Shown piece after piece: positions 20,985 to 30,939 of a stretch of 64,000 nucleotides of DNA. Made by a program: the position numbers and the translations under genes. Under the pieces are notes generated by a model. It was not told the DNA's origin, made no database searches, and saw nothing but the letters and a program-made list of their open reading frames with translations. Positions within the stretch are counted from its first letter, which is position 1. Every line of letters starts with the position of its first letter. The stretch lies in IMG/VR virus record IMGVR_UViG_3300017917_003822, positions 124,001 through 188,000 of that record. The stretch is one strand, 5' to 3'.

Positions 20985-21335
20985 ATGGATAGTCTAGATG
21001 GAGGTGGATTTACATTTGGTGCTGTTGAACCACCACAACATCCACAATACAAAATACTGAGAAAGCACATAGAAAGATCGATACAGGATATTTTTCTCGG
21101 ATCGCTAAGGAATCAGGACGTTGAATTCCTATATGTTTTTGAAACGGAGGAACAAATTGACGGATTTATAAAAAGAACTCTATCATACTGGGAAAAATTC
21201 GAAAAGTATGAGATTTGTAAGGAAGTCCTGGATCTCTCTGTAACACTTAAGGAAAAATGGAAAACTCGAGACGATCTAAGGGAGAGTGAGGGTGTAATAA
21301 GAATAAAGGATATATTCGGATCAACTTTTAAATAA
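20985..21335 (+). CDS. Small protein with UVR-like E.YE.C motif
   Basis: FEKYEICKEVLDL. Confidence 0.6.
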   Translation: MDSLDGGGFTFGAVEPPQHPQYKILRKHIERSIQDIFLGSLRNQDVEFLYVFETEEQIDGFIKRTLSYWEKFEKYEICKEVLDLSVTLKEKWKTRDDLRESEGVIRIKDIFGSTFK

Positions 21336-22379
21336 ATGAAAGATTATTATAAAATATTAGGGGTTTCCAGACAAGCCACTCCAGACGAAATCAAGAAAGC
21401 ATATAGAACTTTAGCAATAAAATATCATCCGGATAAAACTGGAAATGATAAGGATGCTGAAATGAAATTCAAGGAGGTCTCTGAGGCATACGAAACTCTA
21501 TCTGACCCGGAAAAGAAATCTTCCTATGACAACCCATATTTTGGAGGTAGCAATGCATTTAATGACATGTTCAGAAATGCTTTCAATGGCAGAAATCCCT
21601 ACCAAAGTGCAGATTTTTCTTCGTTCTTTACTAGAGGAAATCCTGCTCATGAGCCAATGATAAGCAAGGGAAAAAACATTAATATTTATGTTAGCGTCAC
21701 ACTGGAGGAGATGATGAATGGAACAGTTAAGAAGGTTAAGGTCAACCGAAGAGTTCTATGTGATCCCTGCAAGGGTACAGGGGCAGAAAACGGGGAAACT
21801 GTTAACTGTTCAAGTTGTGGAGGTGTTGGTAGAATTAACAAGACGGTACACCATGCATTCGGTGAGGTTGTTATGCAAGAAACATGTAGATCCTGTAATG
21901 GGGTGGGTTCAATAGCAAAATCATACTGTAAGGAATGTTCGGGAGCAGGCACAGTCAGAAAGGAGGAGGAACTTGATATAAACATTCCGAAGGGATCTAT
22001 CAGCGGAGTTTCTTATTTGGTTGTTGGTAAGGGAGACTGGGCAAGATCTCCGTCAAATCCTGGTGATTTGATAGTTAATGTCGAGGAATATGTTCATCCA
22101 GTTTACGTTAGAGATGGGATTAATTTAATACACAATAAATACATTTCATTTAAGGAAGCATGTCTTGGTATCGATGTTGATCTCCCAAATTTAAAGGGAT
22201 CTACGCTCAGAATAAAAATACCACCTGGAACTTCTCCGGGTAAGATACTAAGATTACATGCAAAAGGTCTTCCCGAGTTCAACGGATTTGGGAATGGTGA
22301 CATTCTAGTTAAAGTTCATATATTAATACCTCAGGATCTAACTGAGGAACAAATTAAAGCATTAGATTATTTCGATTAG
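21336..22379 (+). CDS. dnaJ: Chaperone DnaJ
   Basis: J domain with HPD, four CxxCxGxG-type repeats, C-terminal GDILVKV. Confidence 0.96.
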   Translation: MKDYYKILGVSRQATPDEIKKAYRTLAIKYHPDKTGNDKDAEMKFKEVSEAYETLSDPEKKSSYDNPYFGGSNAFNDMFRNAFNGRNPYQSADFSSFFTRGNPAHEPMISKGKNINIYVSVTLEEMMNGTVKKVKVNRRVLCDPCKGTGAENGETVNCSSCGGVGRINKTVHHAFGEVVMQETCRSCNGVGSIAKSYCKECSGAGTVRKEEELDINIPKGSISGVSYLVVGKGDWARSPSNPGDLIVNVEEYVHPVYVRDGINLIHNKYISFKEACLGIDVDLPNLKGSTLRIKIPPGTSPGKILRLHAKGLPEFNGFGNGDILVKVHILIPQDLTEEQIKALDYFD

Positions 22380-22380
22380 T

Positions 22381-22743
22381 ATGGAGATGTTAATATTTTT
22401 ATTGTTTACTGGATGGAGCATAACATCCGGTATAGTGAACGGATCTCTCCTTGATCCGATAAGAAATTGGGTTTTTGTAAAAGCACCTTTTTTCAGTAAG
22501 CTTTTTACGTGCATTCGTTGTTTGGGTTTTTGGGTTGGATTTTTACTTTTTGGTAGTCTTACTTTCCTTGAGATAATTGGTCCAGTGATTCCTGGACTGG
22601 AATCAGGGTCGATCATTAACTACCTTCTTTTTCCGTTCATACAGAGCGGTAGCGGAATCCTTATTGAGTCGGTAATCATTTTCCTTATGAGAGATAGAAA
22701 GATTGAAATAAACAACTATAACACGCCAGATAAGAAAAATTAA
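22381..22743 (+). CDS. Membrane protein (DUF1360-like)
   Basis: Hydrophobic helices with a TCIRCLGFWVG CxxC motif. Confidence 0.55.
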   Translation: MEMLIFLLFTGWSITSGIVNGSLLDPIRNWVFVKAPFFSKLFTCIRCLGFWVGFLLFGSLTFLEIIGPVIPGLESGSIINYLLFPFIQSGSGILIESVIIFLMRDRKIEINNYNTPDKKN

Positions 22744-22745
22744 GT

Positions 22746-24155
22746 ATGAACAAATATTTGAATATAACCGACCAGATAAACACACAGTATAGAACGTATG
22801 CACTCTATGTTCTTCAAAGTAGAGGAATTCCTAATTTTTATGATGCACTAACTCCAGTTCAGAGGTTAATTTTAGAAAACTCACCTAGTAAGTTTAATAA
22901 GACAATTGGATTAGTTGGTGAGGTCATTAAAACTGGTCTTTATCACCACGGGGATTCTTCTTTAGCTGGTGCAATCTCTAAGCTAGCAAGACCTTTTGGG
23001 TGTTCCTATGGTATTCTTGAGGGTGACGGATTTTTCGGATCCCCAGTAAATCCAAGTCCTTCCGCTCCGAGATACACCTCAGTTAAAATAAACCAGAAAG
23101 TCAAGGATATTATTTCGAAGAATTATGATCTGAATGAAAAAAACAGTGAGGGTGGTCATGACTGGATTCATGTCGAAGTTCCGCTTGGTCTTTTGACACA
23201 CGTTGTTGGTATTGCTGTTGGGTATAGAAGTAATATACTTCCCAGAAAATTTGAGGATATAGTTGAATACCTTCAGGGCTCACCAAAATTACTTAAACCA
23301 TATTTCAAGGACTTCTCTGGTAAAATAACCAAGTACATGAATGAGGAAAATACATGGTTAATAGAGAGTGGAATTGAAATAGATCAGAATAAAAAGACGA
23401 TAAGAATTTTCGATCTCCCTCCAGTAATGAGATATGATAGCTTCATAAACAAACTGGAGGAGAAACTAGAAAGAACCGGACATGATTATCGTATAGAAAA
23501 TAGATCACAGAGCAAATGTGAATTGATAGTTTCTTTAAGAGGAATAGGTAACTCAGATGCTTTCAAAGATGTTTGTGACGTTGTTTCTAAACTTACCAAG
23601 ATAATTGTAAAGGAGGATATTATTTTTATCAAGGATGGTAACGTGATGGAATTCAGTTCAGTTAAGGAGTATTTGGATCATTTCAGGGGACATTTAGAAT
23701 TTGTCAGGTTAAAAAGATTAATGAGAGACGAGGCTAACCATTCCAGAGAACTTGCTTTTCTGGAGGCTAAACTCAAATTTCTTAATTTCATGGTTGCCAA
23801 AAAAAGAACCAATGATGAGATCTTCAAATTTTTAGGAGATTTTGAGGGTTGGATTTCTGCTAGACTACAGAGAATAGAAGCTGTGAAACTAAGTGCTGAA
23901 CATATTAAACAAACTGAAATAGACATACAGGAGCTTAAAAAGAAAATAGCACAAACTAAGAAGGATATTAAAGAACAGGATAAGGTATACAAATCCCGAA
24001 TGAAGGATATCCAAAAAATGGCCAAAGGTAAAAACACCAGATTCACAAACACAGCACTATTCGAACCTACCCATTCTGACGGTATAGAAATATTCCAGAT
24101 AGTTGAAGAGGAAGAGGAAAATAACGCGGAAGAAATTGAAGAAGATGAAATATAA
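22746..24155 (+). CDS. Type IIA topoisomerase breakage-reunion subunit (T4 gp52/GyrA-like)
   Basis: RGIPNFYDALTPVQR, YHHGDSS, catalytic APRYT. Confidence 0.93.
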   Translation: MNKYLNITDQINTQYRTYALYVLQSRGIPNFYDALTPVQRLILENSPSKFNKTIGLVGEVIKTGLYHHGDSSLAGAISKLARPFGCSYGILEGDGFFGSPVNPSPSAPRYTSVKINQKVKDIISKNYDLNEKNSEGGHDWIHVEVPLGLLTHVVGIAVGYRSNILPRKFEDIVEYLQGSPKLLKPYFKDFSGKITKYMNEENTWLIESGIEIDQNKKTIRIFDLPPVMRYDSFINKLEEKLERTGHDYRIENRSQSKCELIVSLRGIGNSDAFKDVCDVVSKLTKIIVKEDIIFIKDGNVMEFSSVKEYLDHFRGHLEFVRLKRLMRDEANHSRELAFLEAKLKFLNFMVAKKRTNDEIFKFLGDFEGWISARLQRIEAVKLSAEHIKQTEIDIQELKKKIAQTKKDIKEQDKVYKSRMKDIQKMAKGKNTRFTNTALFEPTHSDGIEIFQIVEEEEENNAEEIEEDEI

Positions 24156-24192
24156 AAATAAAAACGACTAGAATATTTAAATAACAAAAATC

Positions 24193-24963
24193 ATGAAATT
24201 AAGAATTACAAGTATCCCAAATCTAATCTCCTTTCTAAAAAGAATGAAAACTGTTGACCGCAGTGTTATTTTAGAATTAAATGGCGATAAATTATTTTCA
24301 AAGGTTCACACTGCAGATAAATCAGTAATGAAATATTCGAGTGTAGTCTTCAGCGATGTTTTGGAAGGTGAGATTGACTGGAAAGCCGTAAATGCGGACA
24401 GAATTAAAATCGGTATCATTGACATTACAAGACTAATAGAGGCCTTCAAGCACTTCAGACCAGAGGAGGAGGTTCACATTGAGCTTTCCCTAGCAACATC
24501 TGGTGATTCTTGTGTTGCTAATGAGATTAAACTGGTTTCATCTTCACTTAACATTAAATTAAGATGTGCCGATTTAACTTTATTGTCATACGTCGAGGAT
24601 AGTATACTAAATCTTGTACATTCCAAGGAGGAATGGGAGGCTAATTTTAGAATTTATCAATCTGATTTCAGTACAATAATTTCTTTATGTGGTCTAGAAA
24701 CCAATTCGGAGGAGATATTATGTTTTGAGGTGAAGGAAAAGAACGTCCATGCTATTGGTGAATCTTTTAATTATAAATTGAACATAGGATCTTCGGAAAT
24801 TATTTTTGAAAATCCCGAAACAACATCCTCTCCAAATATTTACAAAAATCAACTTTCTTACATGGAGCAGGAAACATGTCAAGTTTATGTGCATGAAAAT
24901 AGATTGGTTCTTGTTTCAGAACAATCATCAACATCAATTGCTATCGGATTAGTAGAAAAATAA
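24193..24963 (+). CDS. Putative sliding clamp (gp45/PCNA-like)
   Basis: 256 aa, alternating beta/alpha pattern, directly upstream of the PolB C-terminal subunit; no diagnostic motif. Confidence 0.55.
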   Translation: MKLRITSIPNLISFLKRMKTVDRSVILELNGDKLFSKVHTADKSVMKYSSVVFSDVLEGEIDWKAVNADRIKIGIIDITRLIEAFKHFRPEEEVHIELSLATSGDSCVANEIKLVSSSLNIKLRCADLTLLSYVEDSILNLVHSKEEWEANFRIYQSDFSTIISLCGLETNSEEILCFEVKEKNVHAIGESFNYKLNIGSSEIIFENPETTSSPNIYKNQLSYMEQETCQVYVHENRLVLVSEQSSTSIAIGLVEK

Positions 24964-24969
24964 TAGACA

Positions 24970-26118
24970 ATGACTGCAGAGGAAAGAATAGAAATACAGG
25001 AAAAGATCGAAAGCCTGACTTCTCTTAAGAATGAGTTGAAAAACGAGGAACAGGCAATTAAATTGACAATGAACTCCATCTATGGTGCGATTGGTAACAA
25101 CTGGTTTGTTTGTTTCAACCCGGATGTAGCTGAAGCCGTTACTTTGCAGGGTCAGGATCTAATTAAATACTCGGAAAAAATTCTACATAAATATTTTCAC
25201 GAACATTGGCATCTTGACACGGAGCTCCATGAAAAGTTAGGAGTTACTGAGGTAAAGAAAGTAACCAAGCCTCTTGTTATTTATGGAGACACTGATTCTA
25301 ATTATGTTACATTCCAGGAGGTTGTCGATTCGTGTAACTATCAGGGAGATGCGAAGGATTTGATTTTAAAGATTAATGAATATAGACTTAATGAGTATTT
25401 AAGAAAATGCTTCGACATCTACTCTAAAAAATGGAACACTGACAACTATCAGGACTTTGAGCTTGAGACTCTTTCTTTTAATGCTATCTTTTTAGGTAAG
25501 AAAAAATACGTTGCTAACTTAGCTTATGACTCTGGTATTCACACTGATCCTCTTTCACAACTTAAATTTACTGGAGTTGAGATGATAAAGGGTGGGACCC
25601 CACCTTTTGTTAGAGAGAAATTGGTTTATTTAACAAGATTCATATTCTCCCGAGGTAGAAATTTTGACATAAGGGAGTTTGTTAGGGAACTTAAGAATAT
25701 CAAGAAGGAATTCAAAGTACAGGAGCCAAAGAATATATCTGCTTCGGTTAACATTAACAACTACGAAAAGTTTATATTAAATGATACCACTGCTTTTGAG
25801 GTTGCAAAAGCATGTCCGATTCACGTCAGAGCTTCCGGCTATCATAATTTCCTTCTAAATAATTCTAAATACAAGAGCAAATACTCTCTTATCAGAAGCT
25901 CAGAGAAGGTTAATTATTATTTCGTTAAAACAAAATCTGTGGCAGACAATAATGTTTTCGCATACCCTCAGGGAACATTTCCGTACGAGTTTGCCCCACC
26001 AATAGACTATGACGAGCAGTTTACCAAGACTATTCTCGATCCGATTAATAGATTTATTGAAGTAATGGGGTATAATAAGATAAGTCCAAATCTTTTCATG
26101 ATAAACGCTTTATTTTAA
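24970..26118 (+). CDS. Family B DNA polymerase, C-terminal subunit (motifs B and C, thumb)
   Basis: KLTMNSIYG, YGDTDS, KKKY, FTGVE. Confidence 0.93.
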   Translation: MTAEERIEIQEKIESLTSLKNELKNEEQAIKLTMNSIYGAIGNNWFVCFNPDVAEAVTLQGQDLIKYSEKILHKYFHEHWHLDTELHEKLGVTEVKKVTKPLVIYGDTDSNYVTFQEVVDSCNYQGDAKDLILKINEYRLNEYLRKCFDIYSKKWNTDNYQDFELETLSFNAIFLGKKKYVANLAYDSGIHTDPLSQLKFTGVEMIKGGTPPFVREKLVYLTRFIFSRGRNFDIREFVRELKNIKKEFKVQEPKNISASVNINNYEKFILNDTTAFEVAKACPIHVRASGYHNFLLNNSKYKSKYSLIRSSEKVNYYFVKTKSVADNNVFAYPQGTFPYEFAPPIDYDEQFTKTILDPINRFIEVMGYNKISPNLFMINALF

Positions 26119-26119
26119 T

Positions 26120-26335
26120 ATGGGATTTAATGTAAGATATCTGCCAGAACTCGAGGTTCTCCTGGAAAGAAGAAAAAAATACGAAACTGATGAGGATTTT
26201 TTATGGGCAGTTGTCGGTAAATCTGATTCGATAGCTGGACCCAATAAATCTGTGGAATATCTTGATTCAATCTACGAGAAAATAAAAAACAAGGAGAAAA
26301 AAGAAGAAATTGAAAAAAGTGGAGAAGACGAATAA
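26120..26335 (+). CDS. Hypothetical protein
   Basis: ORF in operon. Confidence 0.55.
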   Translation: MGFNVRYLPELEVLLERRKKYETDEDFLWAVVGKSDSIAGPNKSVEYLDSIYEKIKNKEKKEEIEKSGEDE

Positions 26336-26606
26336 AAACCGCAACTCTGAATCTTTCGACATATTAAGGGATTCCGAGGACTTCTCGGAATACCGACTCC
26401 TCATGATAGAGGAGGCTGATTTTATCTTATCCAATAAGAAAGAATATATTCAGCAGAGTTTTTTACCTGACGAGATTAAAATAATTAGAATCTGTGCCCT
26501 GATTGATTTCTTTATCTTGGAGGATGAGGATTCCATAGTTGATGATTTATTAAAGCTCGAGGAGGTTATAAGACTAAAAAAATTTATAAATTTAGGGTAC
26601 CTTTAA
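26310..26606 (+). CDS. Hypothetical protein
   Basis: ORF in operon. Confidence 0.5.
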   Translation: MKKVEKTNKNRNSESFDILRDSEDFSEYRLLMIEEADFILSNKKEYIQQSFLPDEIKIIRICALIDFFILEDEDSIVDDLLKLEEVIRLKKFINLGYL

Positions 26607-26675
26607 ATCACGCAGGAAGGTAAAACATTCTTCTGGTCTTGGATATATAGACTACTAAAATAATAAGAATAATTA

Positions 26676-28133
26676 ATGTCAGGTAGAAAAATACTTAACT
26701 TTTTCTCTTTTCTAAACGAAGCTAAAAGTGAAACCACAAAGGTTATTGTTCTAACAGGTAATGTTAAGGGTAGTAAAACCTCAAGTTCATTTATGGAGGA
26801 GTGCAAGAAAAGAGGGATTGAATGCCACGTTGTTGATGTAAACGATGCAACATTGGAAAAAGTTTATAATGGGCACCTATTAAAAACTGAGGAGGAACAA
26901 ATATTAATAGAACCAAACTCAACGGTTATAGTTCCTAGAAGAGGAGTATTAGAAAACTCCCACACAAAGCAAATACTCCTTTCTTTGGAGGAAGCTAGAT
27001 ATTTCACAGTAAACACTCTGGAATCTATGGAGATGTGTGAAAATAAGTTCATTACATCTCAAATAATGGAAGAACATAATTTACCCGTACCTAGATATTC
27101 CTTAGTACCAAATGAGGATTTCTTGGATAAGGCTCTTGAAGCTGTTGGAGGTAAATTCCCTGTTGTGATGAAGTTACTTTCGGGAACCCAAGGTATCGGT
27201 GTTTCTATTGTTGATTCCTATGCATCACTGAAATCTGTTTATCAAACAATCAGAAAACTTGATGACACCAATGAGATATTGATACAGGAAAAAATAGATT
27301 CCAAATCTGATCTTAGAATACAGGTTATTGTTAAGAAATTCGACCCATTAAATGCAGGTAAAGATAACTGTATAATTCTCGGATCTATGAAAAGAGAGGC
27401 GGTGGAGAAAGATTTTAGGACTAATTATTCATTAGGTGGTAAAGTTTCTAAATTTGACATTCCGGAGGAATTGGTTGATATAGCTTGCAAAGCAGCAAAT
27501 GCAGTTGGATGTCATTGGTGTGGTGTTGATATTATGATAGATGAAAAAACACAAAAACCCTATATATTGGAGGTCAATTCTTCACCAGGGACCGAGGGTA
27601 TATCCAAAGCTATAGGTAAACCTATTGTTGATGATGTTCTTGATTACATTCTGGATAAAGAAAATTGGGCATTTTCAACACTTGAAGTTGGATATTTAGA
27701 AAATGTCAATATACCAGGAATTGGTTATATGGTAGCTAAATTTGATACTGGGAATGGATCTAAATCTTGCACACTCCATGCTGATGAGGTTGAGGAGAAG
27801 GATGACAAACTTATTTGGAAAGTTGGTGACAAAAAATTCGTAAATGATATCGTTGGATATTCTGATGCTGAAATCGGTAAGGATATTCACACTAGACCTA
27901 TGATAGAGATGGACGTTGTTATCAACGGAGTTACTATACCAAAGGTAAAAATTTCGCCGACCGACAGAACTGATAAAAGTACACCATTCTTAGCAAATAG
28001 AGCTTTTATGAGAAAGGCTGGTTTAATAGTTAATCCACACAAGGCATTTGTTATTAGTGATGAGCCAGAAACTAAATACGAAGTTGGTAAAGCTAAAGGA
28101 GAACCTCATGCAGGAATAGAATTTGAAAAATAA
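26676..28133 (+). CDS. RimK-family ATP-grasp ligase fused to a C-terminal RimK-associated aspartic protease domain; CTS-like N-terminus
   Basis: NKF.T, FPVVMKLLSGTQGIGV, FRTNYSLGG, GVDIM, LEVNSSPG; then AKFDTGNGSKS...R..M...L.NRAF. Confidence 0.9.
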   Translation: MSGRKILNFFSFLNEAKSETTKVIVLTGNVKGSKTSSSFMEECKKRGIECHVVDVNDATLEKVYNGHLLKTEEEQILIEPNSTVIVPRRGVLENSHTKQILLSLEEARYFTVNTLESMEMCENKFITSQIMEEHNLPVPRYSLVPNEDFLDKALEAVGGKFPVVMKLLSGTQGIGVSIVDSYASLKSVYQTIRKLDDTNEILIQEKIDSKSDLRIQVIVKKFDPLNAGKDNCIILGSMKREAVEKDFRTNYSLGGKVSKFDIPEELVDIACKAANAVGCHWCGVDIMIDEKTQKPYILEVNSSPGTEGISKAIGKPIVDDVLDYILDKENWAFSTLEVGYLENVNIPGIGYMVAKFDTGNGSKSCTLHADEVEEKDDKLIWKVGDKKFVNDIVGYSDAEIGKDIHTRPMIEMDVVINGVTIPKVKISPTDRTDKSTPFLANRAFMRKAGLIVNPHKAFVISDEPETKYEVGKAKGEPHAGIEFEK

Positions 28134-28142
28134 TAAAAAAAC

Positions 28143-28355
28143 ATGGAAAATTTAAAACCGTTCAAACAAGTAAATGAATCTGAGCAGTCAGAAAAGACTG
28201 AAAAAATACAGGTGCTTCTATCTAAGGAAGATTTAACTGACTTAGGTAGAAAAATTTCTAAGGAAGCTCTTGCTAAGGGAGAAGCACCAGTTTCAGTTTC
28301 TCATTATGTGAGAAAGCTTATCAGAAAAAATCTTGGTAAAACTACTACAGATTAA
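28143..28355 (+). CDS. Small protein, possible ribbon-helix-helix, CTS-like N-terminus
   Basis: MENLKPFKQVNES; IQVLLSKEDL...SVSHYVRKLIR. Confidence 0.55.
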   Translation: MENLKPFKQVNESEQSEKTEKIQVLLSKEDLTDLGRKISKEALAKGEAPVSVSHYVRKLIRKNLGKTTTD

Positions 28356-28678
28356 TTCGAAGAAAGAAATTCAGAATAACTAAGTACCCTGCGGATTCCC
28401 TCCGGCGGGGTATTTTTTTGTTCCTCGTCTGAGTCGACATCTTCCGTTTGGTCTTCAACCTCACCCTGATTTGTTTCTTCCTGGTCCGCATCATCGATGT
28501 CTGATTGTGATTCTTCTTCCGTCGATGTTTCCTCTGTGTCTACATCAACACCAGCTTCAAAATCTGTTGTTTCTTGATCAGTTTCGTCTTGGTTATTCCA
28601 TGTACCTTCACCTTCACTTCTTTCTAATTCAGAATTTAATGAATTCTGAGGAGTTTCTAATTCGTCGTTTTCGAACAT
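28352..28678 (-). CDS. Highly acidic protein (possible scaffold/internal protein)
   Basis: D/E-rich; GATATATA on the minus strand at 28714-28707. Confidence 0.65.
   Translation of the reverse strand: MFENDELETPQNSLNSELERSEGEGTWNNQDETDQETTDFEAGVDVDTEETSTEEESQSDIDDADQEETNQGEVEDQTEDVDSDEEQKNTPPEGIRRVLSYSEFLSSN
28385..28419. terminator. Hairpin terminator at the convergent gene junction
   Basis: TACCCTGCGGA...TCCGGCGGGGTA plus a T-tract. Confidence 0.6.
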
Positions 28679-28716
28679 AATATTAATATTTAAAAAGTTT
28701 ATGAAATATATATCAC

Positions 28717-29037
28717 ATGAGAAAAATATTAGAATTCGATGATTATCTGGAGGATGATCTCGATCTTAATGACTTTGAAAAATCCCAAATAAGAACCTGG
28801 ATAGGAAAATATGAGAGGTATTTCAATTTTCATGACAGCGGAAATTTCATAGATTCAATAGATCAAATAACAAAAGATGCTGTCCAGCAGCTTGGTATAG
28901 ACAAAAGTAAAACTGATGCCGTCCAGGATTATCTGGAGAGTTTATATGATCTTTCGGATGGGCTTTCCGTTATTATGGCACCCGGACCAGAAATAATTCA
29001 AACTGGAATCGATCAGGTTCAAAGATTCCAATATTAA
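28717..29037 (+). CDS. Hypothetical protein with CTS-like N-terminus (MRKILEFDDYLE)
   Basis: ORF; AATATATA at 28705. Confidence 0.7.
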   Translation: MRKILEFDDYLEDDLDLNDFEKSQIRTWIGKYERYFNFHDSGNFIDSIDQITKDAVQQLGIDKSKTDAVQDYLESLYDLSDGLSVIMAPGPEIIQTGIDQVQRFQY

Positions 29038-29038
29038 A

Positions 29039-29068
29039 TTGAAACTTTTTTTTAAGCTCGTCTATAAA
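29039..29068 (+). promoter_or_regulatory. TTGAAACT-N16/17-TAT(A/G)A(A/T) promoter class; also at 48862 and 55230
   Basis: Three intergenic copies with an 18-19 nt spacer between hexamers. Confidence 0.6.
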
Positions 29069-29089
29069 TCATAAATAATCGAGATATTT

Positions 29090-30514
29090 ATGGACTTACT
29101 TTCAGCTTTACAACAAGAGAATACCGTAACCGAGAATGGTATGGTGACTAACTCTAGCTCTCTGAAAAATACACTAGATCTTTTCTTTAGAATAGGTGCT
29201 TTGAGAGCAGCGGACCAACAGGATATAGTAAGACAATTTACTCTAGCTTTTGATGAGTCTCCTCAGGATGCTCTTAGAATCTTATTCTGGGCAAGAGATG
29301 TGAGAGGTGGTGCTGGTGAAAGAAGAGTTTTTAGAATCTGTATGTCTCACTTGGCTGAGAGCAATCCACAATCTCTGATTAAAAATTTACACCTAATCCC
29401 AGAATACGGTAGATGGGACGATCTGCTTGTTTTCGCAGGGACTAAGGTTGAGGATGATGCTTTCGACATAATTAAGACCGCATTATATAGTGCTGATAGA
29501 CTTTGTGCCAAATGGATGCCAAGAAAAGGAACCGTTTCCAATGCACTCAGAAAGTATTTGGGGCTAACTCCGAAGGAATATAGAAAACTTCTTGTCGAAA
29601 CCACTGATGTTGTTGAGCAAAAAATGTGTTCCAATAAATTCAACGAAATCGATTATTCAAAAGTTCCTTCACTTGCTGCCGCTAGATACCAGGCCGCATT
29701 TATTAAGAAGGATTCTGATAGATACACCGAATACTTATTAGAGCTGCGAAAACCAGAAGGTGAAAAAACAGCTAAGATTAATGCTTCCGCGGTCTACCCA
29801 TATGATGTTGTCAAATCTCTAAACAGAGGAGTTTGGGAGGTTGCAAATGAACAATGGAATGCACTGCCTAATTATATGGAAGGATCTAGTGAGATGGTAC
29901 TTCCGGTTGTTGATGTCTCTGGTTCAATGACGTCTCCCGTAAGTAGAGGAGGTACACTTAGCTGTATGGACGTTGCTGTTTCATTGGGTCTTTATATTTC
30001 GGAAAGAAATGATGGTCCTTTTAAAGATCATTTCATTACCTTCTCTGAAACTCCAGAATTACAAAAACTTGGTGGTAATTTAAAGGAAAGGTATTTACAA
30101 CTGCGATCATCTGAATGGGGAATGAGTACTAATTTGATCTCCGTATTTGATCTTATTTTGAATCAAGCAACCAAACATAATGTTCCACAGAACAACATGC
30201 CAACCAAAATTCTAATTCTTTCTGACATGGAATTCAACGAGGCGATAGAAGACGGTGAAAGTGTTTCGGCTATAAAAGCAATCAGATCTAAATATGATGC
30301 TGCTGGATATAAAACACCTGACGTAATATTCTGGAATATACAAAGCAGAAGAGGAAATAATATACCGGTCAGATTCGATGAGAGAGGAACTGCTTTAATC
30401 TCAGGATTCTCACCTTCCATTATGAAGTCACTACTTAATGGAAAATCGATTAGTCCTATGGATATCATGTACGAAACTATAAATTCACCTAGATATGAAA
30501 GTATTAAGGCCTGA
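29090..30514 (+). CDS. TROVE/Ro60-like vWA protein (DUF2828 family)
   Basis: FWARDVRGGAGERR, EYGRWDDL, AKWMPR, MIDAS VVDVSGSM, ILILSDMEF, ISGFSPS. Confidence 0.88.
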   Translation: MDLLSALQQENTVTENGMVTNSSSLKNTLDLFFRIGALRAADQQDIVRQFTLAFDESPQDALRILFWARDVRGGAGERRVFRICMSHLAESNPQSLIKNLHLIPEYGRWDDLLVFAGTKVEDDAFDIIKTALYSADRLCAKWMPRKGTVSNALRKYLGLTPKEYRKLLVETTDVVEQKMCSNKFNEIDYSKVPSLAAARYQAAFIKKDSDRYTEYLLELRKPEGEKTAKINASAVYPYDVVKSLNRGVWEVANEQWNALPNYMEGSSEMVLPVVDVSGSMTSPVSRGGTLSCMDVAVSLGLYISERNDGPFKDHFITFSETPELQKLGGNLKERYLQLRSSEWGMSTNLISVFDLILNQATKHNVPQNNMPTKILILSDMEFNEAIEDGESVSAIKAIRSKYDAAGYKTPDVIFWNIQSRRGNNIPVRFDERGTALISGFSPSIMKSLLNGKSISPMDIMYETINSPRYESIKA

Positions 30515-30758
30515 AGCTAGTGAATGTATAAGAGGCGAATCTCTTATTGATGCACTCCTAGATGATGCTGTCATCCAGGCATATAATATAACCGATGATG
30601 AGTATAATAAAATCTGTAGGGAAGCATCGACTGAGGAACTAGATGATTTTTTAGATCCAGTATTTTCATCATCAGGGGTTACATTTTCATCAAGGAAAAA
30701 AGGATTAAAAATAAGAAATAAATATATCGATTATTATCGAAACATTTTTTCAAATTAG
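30495..30758 (+). CDS. Hypothetical protein
   Basis: ORF overlapping the previous stop. Confidence 0.55.
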   Translation: MKVLRPEASECIRGESLIDALLDDAVIQAYNITDDEYNKICREASTEELDDFLDPVFSSSGVTFSSRKKGLKIRNKYIDYYRNIFSN

Positions 30759-30780
30759 GTATATAATATTATATAAATAA

Positions 30781-30932
30781 AGAATCGTTTCAGCAAAGAT
30801 TACAACTATATGACAGCGAATCAGACTTCAATGCCTGATTTAAAAAAAACCGATTCTGAAAAAATACAAGGGATTGTTACAGCACAATACACAACTATTA
30901 TATTTAAGCAATAATTTAGAAAACCAATCCCG
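30781..30932 (+). ncRNA. Two tandem stem-closed small RNAs (candidate Y-RNA-like)
   Basis: AGAATCG/CGATTCT and GGGATTG/CAATCCC stems; shared TT(T/A)CAGCA-N6-ACAACTAT. Confidence 0.6.
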
Positions 30933-30939
30933 CTAATTT

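Noticed and set aside
9102-26118. Split intein or intron joining the polB halves; inteins in nrdA
   Set aside because: No intein N- or C-terminal motifs; nrdA is contiguous
30818-30841. CTTCAAT loop resembling a tRNA-Sec/opal anticodon arm in ncRNA unit 1
   Set aside because: The stem register does not give a 5 bp stem with a 7 nt loop, and there are no D or T arms
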